Of a stretch of 64,000 nucleotides of DNA, positions 20,661 through 28,259 are shown piece after piece. Position 1 is the stretch's first letter. The number at the start of each line of letters is the position of its first letter. The stretch is taken from the NCBI GenBank assembly GCA_964441155.1, contig CAYYKL010000001.1, positions 24,393 to 88,392 of the forward strand, written 5' to 3'. The DNA is from an uncultured Pseudomonadales bacterium (lineage in GTDB: Bacteria > Patescibacteriota > Microgenomatia > UBA1400 > RBG-16-45-19). The position numbers and the translations under genes were made by a program. The notes below the pieces were generated by a model that did no database searches, was not told where the DNA came from, and was given only the letters and a program-made list of their open reading frames with translations.

Positions 20661-21023
20661 TCAGTTTGTTGAGTCAGTAATAAAATCAATTTGTGCGTGC
20701 AAAGCATACTTTGGAATTTGACCATCTGTCATCTCAACTATCGAGGCAATGGCAATCGAAGGACGTGTTAGATGCACAAATGAAATAACGTTCCTGCCCG
20801 TATGGGGATCATTCAGAGTGAGCGCGCCTTCAATCATGCCATGATGATCTGATTTCCAAGTTGCAAGGCGAACCTCTTTTGGCGTTGCCAAATCCAGCTC
20901 TATATCCTGATCAAAACCTATCTCTGTTGGAACTAGTCCGGCCAAAGTTGATTTGAGCGCAGCCAAATCTGTCCCGATTAAAGGTGGATTGGCGATACGA
21001 ACTTCAAGTGCTCGTGTACTCAT
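20661..21023 (-). CDS. hypothetical protein
   Basis: 120-aa ORF, no recognisable motif; it lies at the low-GC edge of the high-GC vWA gene. Confidence 0.5.
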   Translation of the reverse strand: MSTRALEVRIANPPLIGTDLAALKSTLAGLVPTEIGFDQDIELDLATPKEVRLATWKSDHHGMIEGALTLNDPHTGRNVISFVHLTRPSIAIASIVEMTDGQIPKYALHAQIDFITDSTN

Positions 21024-21259
21024 GGTAAAAGTTTTCCCTTTCGTCCTGTGTTTATATTACTAAACCGGACTCATCAGTCCCGACATAATCGGGAGAGGGG
21101 CAAAGCGGTACGGGGTCAGAAAATCGATTGGAGCTGATAAATCAGCAAAAATGACAGGTGTCATTTTCCAAAAGATGTTCGTCTCCCATACAGCTTCGCG
21201 CCCTTTACAAAATGCTAGTTGAAACTAGCGTTGATCCTAAAGCGAACTAAAGTGTTGGC

Positions 21260-22273
21260 CTAACGATGACCGTGATGGCCGGCCGGCTCGTGGTGATCCT
21301 CGTCCTCGTGGTCCTCTTCGCCATGGCCGTGGTCGTCATCGGCGTCCAGTTCGACTTCCCACTGCTGGCCTTGCGCCTTGAAAACGATGTGCTCGACATC
21401 CGACGGAATCTTCAACTCAATGAAGACCGGGACGTCATCTTCCCAGGAGGCCAGCAGGTTGCCCTGGTCGTCTTCGATGACCGCCCCGCCTTGGAAGGCA
21501 TACATCTGCGCGTCGGCCAAATGGGCGACGATCCCGGCGAGATCCGGCAATTCGCTGAGCATGTTGTAGCAGAAGGCCGCGCTGGGCGCATCCTCATGCT
21601 CGGTGTCATGCAACAGCTCCTCCAACATATCCTCGCTGACCTGATCGCCCACACCGACAACGCTGACCACCAGCTTGGGCAGGTCGCCGCGCGCGATGGC
21701 GGCTTCCAGCTGCTCGACATACTCGCCAACTTCGTGGAGGTCATGCCACTGGCCATCCGTGACCACGCAGAGCAGGGCTTTATCGATGCGCTCGCCGTTG
21801 CCGATCCGGAGTTTGAGGTGCGTGATGAACTCGCGCAACGCGGGGAGGAAATAGGTGGCGCCGCCGAAGTCGCCGTTCGGACCGTCGAACCGGTGGGATA
21901 ACGCTTCCTCAGCGGTCATCTCATCGGGATCGACGACAGCGATCTTCGTACCACTTTCCCCCACCGCCCAGTAGGTGACCCAGACGGACTTCGTCGAGTC
22001 CATCTTGACCAGATAAGGCAGGATGACGCCCATCGCCTGATCGACTTGGTTAGCCGCCAGACCCAGGAGTCGGCTGATACCGCCCTTGCCGTACTCGTCC
22101 TGGAAGGACTTGCTCGCGTCGATAGCCATACCCACGGCGAGATTCTCGATGGTGTCGAACGGGAGGACCCCCTCGAGATGGTAGTAGCCGTCGGAGCCGA
22201 GGCCGCAGTGAACGTCAACGAACGGAAGTTGGGCTTGGTGCTTGTGGGCACCATGATTAACGTGACTAGACAT
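21260..22273 (-). CDS. von Willebrand factor type A (vWA) domain protein with a His/Asp/Glu-rich C-terminal tail
   Basis: MIDAS motif DASKS after a hydrophobic beta-strand (LAVGMAIDASKS) and a downstream VVTDG motif. The C-terminus is DADDDHGHGEEDHEDEDHHEPAGHHGHR. The gene is markedly GC-rich (~60%+) with a GC3-rich codon bias, unlike its flanks. Confidence 0.75.
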   Translation of the reverse strand: MSSHVNHGAHKHQAQLPFVDVHCGLGSDGYYHLEGVLPFDTIENLAVGMAIDASKSFQDEYGKGGISRLLGLAANQVDQAMGVILPYLVKMDSTKSVWVTYWAVGESGTKIAVVDPDEMTAEEALSHRFDGPNGDFGGATYFLPALREFITHLKLRIGNGERIDKALLCVVTDGQWHDLHEVGEYVEQLEAAIARGDLPKLVVSVVGVGDQVSEDMLEELLHDTEHEDAPSAAFCYNMLSELPDLAGIVAHLADAQMYAFQGGAVIEDDQGNLLASWEDDVPVFIELKIPSDVEHIVFKAQGQQWEVELDADDDHGHGEEDHEDEDHHEPAGHHGHR

Positions 22274-22693
22274 TTCGATTTACCTCTTTTTTTTGAATTT
22301 CGTATCTGTGTCGTCCCAAGCCATCCAAGTTGACCTTGAAGGTTTTTTTGCCTCAGTTAGCCAGAAGTCTCGCGACTTTCTGTTTCTTTCTCCTAAAAAG
22401 ATTTTCTCTAACTTCAGCTGATGGCTCGCTGGATAAAACTATTTTTACCCACTGAGCCACCGCCGAAGAAAGCAAAATCTTTCAATTGGAGTGCTTTAGA
22501 ATCAATTTGTAAAGGTGCAAAAATGCACTTTTAATCCCTCACACAAAACAAGCAATTTGCTTTAGGAGTGACTAAAAGCGCGAACTTAAAATGTTAGTGT
22601 TCAAATCAATGAACAAAGTATTATATGTTATAGGTTTATATATTTCAACAACTATATTTGTCATCTAATCTAGCGAGAATTCAGAATTTAAAA

Positions 22694-22729
22694 AACTATA
22701 GACTCTCCTTCTCTGAATGAGAAGGATCA
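22694..22729 (-). terminator. candidate intrinsic terminator after the 512-aa gene
   Basis: An 8-bp stem (UCCUUCUC / GAGAAGGA) with a 7-nt loop starts at the stop codon. A U6 run follows after a ~10-nt spacer, which is longer than ideal. Confidence 0.3.
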
Positions 22730-24265
22730 AGTCTCAAAATCATTAGTCCAATCATCAACCTTTGATGTTCGGGGTTGGATTGGTTCAAATTCTGCTGAAT
22801 AATCAGGCTCAGTTTTTTTCTTCTTAGGCTTCACTACCGGATCGGACTGCTTTGTTTTTGGTTTATGGGTTGCGGCCTCAAAATCCGCCGCCCAGTCAGA
22901 TGCGTCAGAAATTGTATTTGTAGGTTTAGAGCTAGTGGCAGCAAAGTCATTTCGCCAATCCTGTGCATCCACTTGAACTGGCGGCCTGACGAGTGGCGCG
23001 AAATCAGCAGAATAATCTGGTCTAACAGGTTCTGTGGGACGCTTTTTTGGTTTGGGTTTTGGTTGTCCACCCGGCCTTGATTCTGGTCTTGTGACAGGTG
23101 AAGGAGCAATAGGTCGAGGAGTTGGTGTTATTGGTTTTGGCAATTGTTGAGCAGGAACTATCACTTTTGGTTTCAACTGGTCAAATGAAACATCACTCAA
23201 TGTGCTAAATAATCGTTTATCATCGGGTGTAGAAATAACCAGCAAGACTTCACGTATCAATTGCACATAATCTTCGGGAGTTGCTTGCGGAGGGATTTGT
23301 ATTTGCTCTTGACTCCATGAAGGAAGAAGTTGACGCAGTTTATCAATGAATGATCCTGAAGCAGGAGTAGTAGATTTTTTAGTGGATCGTGTCGCCGTGT
23401 CATCTTTGATCACATATCCTTCAGCTTCAAGTTCCCTTTCTACGCGTTCGCGATTGGGCAGAGGAAGTATTGCACTAACAAATGGGTGTGTGATTCCCTG
23501 ATCCAACATATCTTTTTGTAAAAATGCGAGTAAATCATGCGTGACGCGCATCATGATGTGATTATTTCCCATTTGTTCGATAGTGCCTGCATCAATGATC
23601 GGATACACCAATCCTATACCCTGACGTTTTTCCACTGCCTGGAGTGGACGGGTGGCGACTATCAATTGGTTAATCTGGGCATGATTTTCTCCAAAGGTAG
23701 AAATAGGAAACTGACTCGATGCATATGCATGGAGTAAATCAAGTCGTCCGACAGTCAATTCACCTTGGTGTAAGACTTTTTTTATTTCCAATTTACCAAG
23801 CACTATTTTTGCCCGAGCACTGACGCGCGCTCGCAAGGTGATCGGATCATTGAAGCCCTGATGATCAGTTTGTTGACTGATATTGGAAATAGAATAAAAA
23901 TCCATTTCTGCAGCTTCGATGTAGCGGAATTTGTCGCGCTTACTAACCCGCGCCTGCTGATAACTTCCTTGAAGAGAGGGATGTAAATCTCCGACTGGCA
24001 CGACATCGATCACATCATCGACGCAGCCTACCACTGCCAACGTATGCACGGTATCCGAATTTGGATCTTTCAAATGAAATACATCCAACAATACTTGCTG
24101 GACTCGAGCTAGTTCGCTTGAAACCGGAGTTTCATTACCTGAAGCTCGGAAAAAATCCGGCCATTGATTTGGTATTGGTGTGCGTGCTTCTCTTGTCATA
24201 TATTTTTTATTACCTTTTTTTGCGCTCAAGACATAAACGCAAAAAGAGGCAAACAAGAACATCAT
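22727..24265 (-). CDS. hypothetical protein: ~330-aa globular N-domain, a Pro/Lys-rich linker, and a C-terminal tail with 5 repeated acidic-aromatic motifs
   Basis: Low-GC ORF between the two high-GC genes. The tail motifs are PDYSADFAP, DWRNDFAAT, DWAADFEAAT, PDYSAEFEP and DDWTNDFET, the last at the extreme C-terminus. The N-domain has a Cys...His pair (VVGCVDD ... NNHIMM) that could indicate a papain/NlpC-like fold; this is speculative. The start is ambiguous: ATGATG at 24265 is embedded in a hairpin, and MTREAR at ~24199 is the alternative. Confidence 0.7.
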   Translation of the reverse strand: MMFLFASFCVYVLSAKKGNKKYMTREARTPIPNQWPDFFRASGNETPVSSELARVQQVLLDVFHLKDPNSDTVHTLAVVGCVDDVIDVVPVGDLHPSLQGSYQQARVSKRDKFRYIEAAEMDFYSISNISQQTDHQGFNDPITLRARVSARAKIVLGKLEIKKVLHQGELTVGRLDLLHAYASSQFPISTFGENHAQINQLIVATRPLQAVEKRQGIGLVYPIIDAGTIEQMGNNHIMMRVTHDLLAFLQKDMLDQGITHPFVSAILPLPNRERVERELEAEGYVIKDDTATRSTKKSTTPASGSFIDKLRQLLPSWSQEQIQIPPQATPEDYVQLIREVLLVISTPDDKRLFSTLSDVSFDQLKPKVIVPAQQLPKPITPTPRPIAPSPVTRPESRPGGQPKPKPKKRPTEPVRPDYSADFAPLVRPPVQVDAQDWRNDFAATSSKPTNTISDASDWAADFEAATHKPKTKQSDPVVKPKKKKTEPDYSAEFEPIQPRTSKVDDWTNDFET

Positions 24266-24306
24266 TTTTTTACAGCGCCCGAACTGCGCAAAAATGATGT
24301 TCTTGT
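24254..24306. repeat. ~16-bp (near-)perfect inverted repeat with a GC-rich 20-nt loop
   Basis: CAAGAACATCATTTTT ... AAAAATGATGT(T)CTTG flanks the loop ACAGCGCCCGAACTGCGC. On the minus strand it is followed by a U-rich stretch. It sits exactly at the junction between the PspA-like gene stop and the 512-aa gene start. Confidence 0.5.
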
Positions 24307-24321
24307 CGAACCTACAGAAAA

Positions 24322-25248
24322 CTAATTCTGGCTCTTCTCACCCTCCTTGAGCTGCTTGACAACCATCGCCGGATCTTGCTGCAGACCGCGCTCGGCCAGG
24401 AGCTCTTCGATTCGGCCGGTCCGCGCCGCGGGGGTCAAGAGAAGCAGTTCGCGCTGAACAGCTGCGCTGCTGGGCACACGTTGGAACGTGTCCCGTGCCG
24501 CATTCGCAGCTGCGACCGCACGATTTGCCTGGGATTCCAGGTCCCGCAACTCGCGCGTTGCTGAGTTATCCGTACCGACCCCGCTAGACGCGTGGTAAAA
24601 GTCTTTTGCAGCCTGGCCAGCAGTCGACTTCCCCGCAGCAACTTGCGCTTTCCGAATGGTTTCGGCCTTGAGAGTCTGGACGAGTTCCTTCAGTCTGCTC
24701 GCTTCATCAATCATCCTGAGTGCGGCCTCATAGTCGGGCTGCATATCCTGCAAGGATGATTCGAAACCTTGAATCTTAGCATCGGCTTGTAAAGCCGCGC
24801 TTTCGTTCATCCCGATTTCTTGATTTTGCCGAGCGTCGTCGATGCCATCGCCCATCAATTGCTTGAGGTTGTTCAACGCCAGTTCACGAATTTCAAGTTG
24901 TTCTTCACGTTGCCGCTGAAGCAGCATGTACGCATCGACCACTTGTGCATTGTGAACCTGCGCTTGCTCTAGCTGCCGCAGACGCTGTTGCGCCTCCGCC
25001 TCAGCTTTGGTTTCGATCGTCTGAGCTCGTAGTTGCGCATTATAGACGCTGTCAGCCGTTTTATCGGCTTTGGCGCCAAACGCGTTCATGAGTTTCCGAA
25101 GGGCATTCCGTCCCATCGGAGTCGCTACCAACACAAGCCCAACAAGCAGAATACCAATCAAACCAATCACAGTCGGATCCATCTTTACTATTCTCCTTAA
25201 GTTGTTTAGAGCATTACCTCGGACGTGGTCTGCTCGCTCGACGCACAA
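24322..25248 (-). CDS. membrane-anchored coiled-coil protein, PspA/IM30 (ESCRT-III-like)-resembling
   Basis: The likely start is MDPTVIGLIGILLVGLVLVA (TM helix, ~25182). It is followed by ~260 aa of heptad-rich, Ala/Gln/Glu/Arg-rich helix (LRKLMNAFGAKADK..., QRLRQLEQAQ...). GC is elevated (~55-60%) relative to flanks. The family assignment is tentative. Confidence 0.55.
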   Translation of the reverse strand: MCVERADHVRGNALNNLRRIVKMDPTVIGLIGILLVGLVLVATPMGRNALRKLMNAFGAKADKTADSVYNAQLRAQTIETKAEAEAQQRLRQLEQAQVHNAQVVDAYMLLQRQREEQLEIRELALNNLKQLMGDGIDDARQNQEIGMNESAALQADAKIQGFESSLQDMQPDYEAALRMIDEASRLKELVQTLKAETIRKAQVAAGKSTAGQAAKDFYHASSGVGTDNSATRELRDLESQANRAVAAANAARDTFQRVPSSAAVQRELLLLTPAARTGRIEELLAERGLQQDPAMVVKQLKEGEKSQN

Positions 25249-25506
25249 AATTTATGCGACCAGCGAGCAAACCACTTTCGTTAATTTTTCTGTAGGTGTT
25301 AATGTGCAAAAAATAACCACAAAAAATCCGCAGCTTAGGCGAATTTGTAATTATCTTCTTCAAATCAATCGTTACGATTAATTAAGACCGGAATTATAGC
25401 CTTGGGACTAAAATATGTCAAAGTTATAGGGTATAAATAACCAAATCGAAATTGCTACGCAGAAGCTATAAACACAATCACTTCTCGTTTTCAGAGCCTG
25501 TGGCGT

Positions 25507-27150
25507 TTATTGCTTGATGAAGTCGCTCACCACAACGTTGAAGTCAAATATATCTACTTGCCCGTCGTCATTGAGATCGCCAGTTTCGAGCTGAGAACTA
25601 AAAAGTAATTCAATAATTGTTCGGATATCGTTGCTATCGACCACTCCCCAAGGCTCGGTAATATCACCTCGAAGAATCGGGGTGGGAAGTGGAGAAGGAT
25701 TATCTGTAGGCAAGGGAGTTGGCAAAGGGGAAACTGAGGGGTAATCCAATTTGGTGTAGGCATTGGTTCTCTGCAGGTTTCCGCCTGCAATTGGCCAGAG
25801 CATGGTTTGATCGTGATAGTCACCAGACAAAAGAGTGAATTGCGCGGATTTATTCGGCAGTGTATAAAACAGCGCAGTCTTTCCCCCGCTCTCCCCTAAT
25901 GAAATGGAGGAAGCGCCACATGCTTCATCGATTGTTTGCGTGATTTCTCCCCAAACGGAATACACAACTGGAGCACAATCGGTGCTGGCAATTATCTCTG
26001 GCTGCAAATGCGCATCAGTATTACCCACTAGTATTGGACTTGCCGGTTTCGTAGATATGTTTGGCAGAGCAACTGGCCAACCTGGACGCACATTCCCTTG
26101 ATGATCAACCACCTTAAGTTCTCCCTTCTTTGGAGAATAAATCAAATCAAGTGTACCGTCATAGTCCAAATCTGCTGGAGTGGCTGTCGTTACTACTGAC
26201 TCGGTGATTGGTTGTTGAGCTAGTGGTTGTAACAAATGATCGAAGACTGTTATTGAAAGCGTGTTCAAACCTTGATTTTCTGTGGTTAAGAGTATCTCTT
26301 TTTTAGTATCACCGTCAAGATCGGCGAGTTTGATGTCTCTCGCTCTTTTTCCTTTCATTTGAGCTGAAGCAGTCGCGACATCTCCCAAATGATCATAAAC
26401 GGTTAAAACTGTGTCCCAGTTAGGCGAAACACCTGGCTCATCCATAACCCCTATGACGACTTCAGTATCACCATCTGCATCGATATCACTCAAAGCTGGA
26501 ATCGAAAATTCTGTAGAATAAACGAAGCCACTTCCCCAAATGCTTTTCAGACTAGTATCATTCCACTCAGAAATGCCAAATGATGAATCGAGATGATTAT
26601 TTACTCGTATTAACTCGTACTCTTCATCTTGATCAACATTGGTAAGACTATAGAAGTTGCTCGTGGTTCCTGCGGCTGTATATGCAAATACATACGGGTT
26701 CACACTGTTCTGTTGAAAAATGAGCGTGCTTTTTGACGTGCCCACCACAATATCGGCACGATCGTCTCCCGTGAAATCACCAATCAAGGGTGGATTCACC
26801 TCAGTCTCTCCAGCAAATGCTCGGCTCCATATTGTTTCCCCAGACTCGCTAATTAATTTGACTATGAGCTCATTGTAGGTAGACTTGCCTGTTAAGAGGT
26901 ACGTTGAAGGTTGCTCTTTGTTATCGATAGGCACTATGTGTTCAGCGGAATAGATGAATTGATGCGGCCATGACTCACCTGCAACTCGCTGTGGTTGATT
27001 GCAGCTTGCGTGAAGCCAATAGAAAACACAACCATCTGGGCCTCCATACAATCCCATATCGGATCGGCTTGCATCAGCATCAATTAAGGTCGGGTCTCCA
27101 GCGTCAATTGCGGGGGATGTGGGTAGCGGAGAATATGGCAGAATGTTCAA
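25507..27150 (-). CDS. C-terminal portion of a large surface protein: FG-GAP/VCBS beta-propeller repeats plus a C-terminal dockerin-like Ca-binding repeat pair
   Basis: FG-GAP motifs (GDFTGDDRADIVVG, SDIDADGDTEVVIG, ADLDGDTKKEILL, ADLDYDGTLDLIY). Dockerin-like repeats (GDITEPWGVVDSNDIRTIIELLF; GDLNDDGQVDIFDFNVVVSDF). The ORF begins with a TTG directly in frame with the upstream ORF and has no signal peptide of its own. Confidence 0.7.
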   Translation of the reverse strand: MNILPYSPLPTSPAIDAGDPTLIDADASRSDMGLYGGPDGCVFYWLHASCNQPQRVAGESWPHQFIYSAEHIVPIDNKEQPSTYLLTGKSTYNELIVKLISESGETIWSRAFAGETEVNPPLIGDFTGDDRADIVVGTSKSTLIFQQNSVNPYVFAYTAAGTTSNFYSLTNVDQDEEYELIRVNNHLDSSFGISEWNDTSLKSIWGSGFVYSTEFSIPALSDIDADGDTEVVIGVMDEPGVSPNWDTVLTVYDHLGDVATASAQMKGKRARDIKLADLDGDTKKEILLTTENQGLNTLSITVFDHLLQPLAQQPITESVVTTATPADLDYDGTLDLIYSPKKGELKVVDHQGNVRPGWPVALPNISTKPASPILVGNTDAHLQPEIIASTDCAPVVYSVWGEITQTIDEACGASSISLGESGGKTALFYTLPNKSAQFTLLSGDYHDQTMLWPIAGGNLQRTNAYTKLDYPSVSPLPTPLPTDNPSPLPTPILRGDITEPWGVVDSNDIRTIIELLFSSQLETGDLNDDGQVDIFDFNVVVSDFIKQ

Positions 27151-27210
27151 CGGGTCGAGTTGTGCATCAGCATTCAGAAGATTGTTTTCGGCAACTATGA
27201 TTCCTTGCCC

Positions 27211-28155
27211 TTAGGTTTGATCGCTGACTTCTTGATTATATTTGAAGAGAGAATATTTAACGCTCACATGAGCTTTTTCTAATGCGACTAAGGGAGAATG
27301 CAATATGCTATTTGTGACATTAGCTCTGGTGTCTTGCCGAGCAATAATCGGATTTGTGCTATACATGTTTGTTTTTGCAAATACTGAGTTCGCCACTTCT
27401 ATAGTTGATAAAGAAGCACCTGACTCCAATAGGCCTTGGGAAACGATATCGGCATTTCCATTGTTTACAAACAAACTATTAGTCACATTCACTTGACCTC
27501 TAACATTATTTATTCCAGCAATCTCATTCTGAGCAAAACGCACGCCCTTAATGTTCACTCGAGCATCTTTATCTACAAACAATCCATGCCCCAATGAACA
27601 AGGTTGAACTAGATCATTTATTTGGCAATTGTAGTCCATGTTAAAGCCAGAAAATTCCAATCGCTCAAGCTTGACGCTCCCTCCAATGATCGCCATTCCC
27701 GAAGCATTAGTGCTGGCAGCTCCATCGAATTGGGAGATTCTCGTTTCGGGCACAATCGTTACATGTTTATTTAAAATTACGAGAAGTGCTTTTCTCTTAT
27801 GCTGACTGCCGTCGCCTGGATCAAACAAGTATTCTTCAAAAGTTTGACGGCGCCATTGCTCACCCCGCAATACAATTATGGTTTTGTCTTCGAATGATCC
27901 CTCGGGAGCACTATTGATTGCTTCTTGGATCACGTCCATATTATTAGCAAAGTTTTGGGCTTTCAAGTCACATTGGCCACTGGTTTGCGTTTGATCGCAG
28001 ACAATAATCTGTTCTTGAGCAGCAGAAGCGGGGCTTATAGTAAAAACTAGCAACACCCACAAGCTTATTGCGAAAATAGAAATTTGCTTCATATATGCTT
28101 TAAGTATAGCGAGATTGTTTTCACGAGCGCAATGTGCAGTGCTTCGTCGAGGCAC
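27211..28155 (-). CDS. N-terminal portion of the same surface protein: signal peptide plus right-handed parallel beta-helix (pectin-lyase-like) repeats
   Basis: The likely start is MKQISIFAISLWVLLVFTISPASA at ~28092 (signal peptide). Repeated N[ST]xF beta-helix rungs follow (VTNSLFVNNGNA, VANSVFAKTN, VTNSILHSP). It ends at TAA 27211-27213, which is in frame with the downstream ORF. Confidence 0.7.
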   Translation of the reverse strand: MPRRSTAHCARENNLAILKAYMKQISIFAISLWVLLVFTISPASAAQEQIIVCDQTQTSGQCDLKAQNFANNMDVIQEAINSAPEGSFEDKTIIVLRGEQWRRQTFEEYLFDPGDGSQHKRKALLVILNKHVTIVPETRISQFDGAASTNASGMAIIGGSVKLERLEFSGFNMDYNCQINDLVQPCSLGHGLFVDKDARVNIKGVRFAQNEIAGINNVRGQVNVTNSLFVNNGNADIVSQGLLESGASLSTIEVANSVFAKTNMYSTNPIIARQDTRANVTNSILHSPLVALEKAHVSVKYSLFKYNQEVSDQT

Positions 28156-28259
28156 TGACGTTTATTTGTGAAGGACCTTACGCCAATTTTTTAAATAATA
28201 AAAGGCTTACAAAGCCTATTTTGTTTGCAACCTGAAAGTAACTGCTTACAATCAACATA

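Noticed and set aside
21266-21901. 211-aa plus-strand ORF, and also the 114-aa and 112-aa minus-strand alternative-frame ORFs at 21412-21756 and 21916-22254
   Set aside because: All lie inside the high-GC vWA gene. Long stop-free antisense or alternative frames are expected in GC-rich DNA. Their translations are low-complexity and Arg/Ala-rich with no motifs.
22727-22729. Possibility of UGA recoding (genetic code 25, as in some CPR lineages)
   Set aside because: murG (13583-13585) and the 512-aa hypothetical both terminate with TGA at positions consistent with full-length proteins. Other genes use TAA or TAG normally. The standard code applies.
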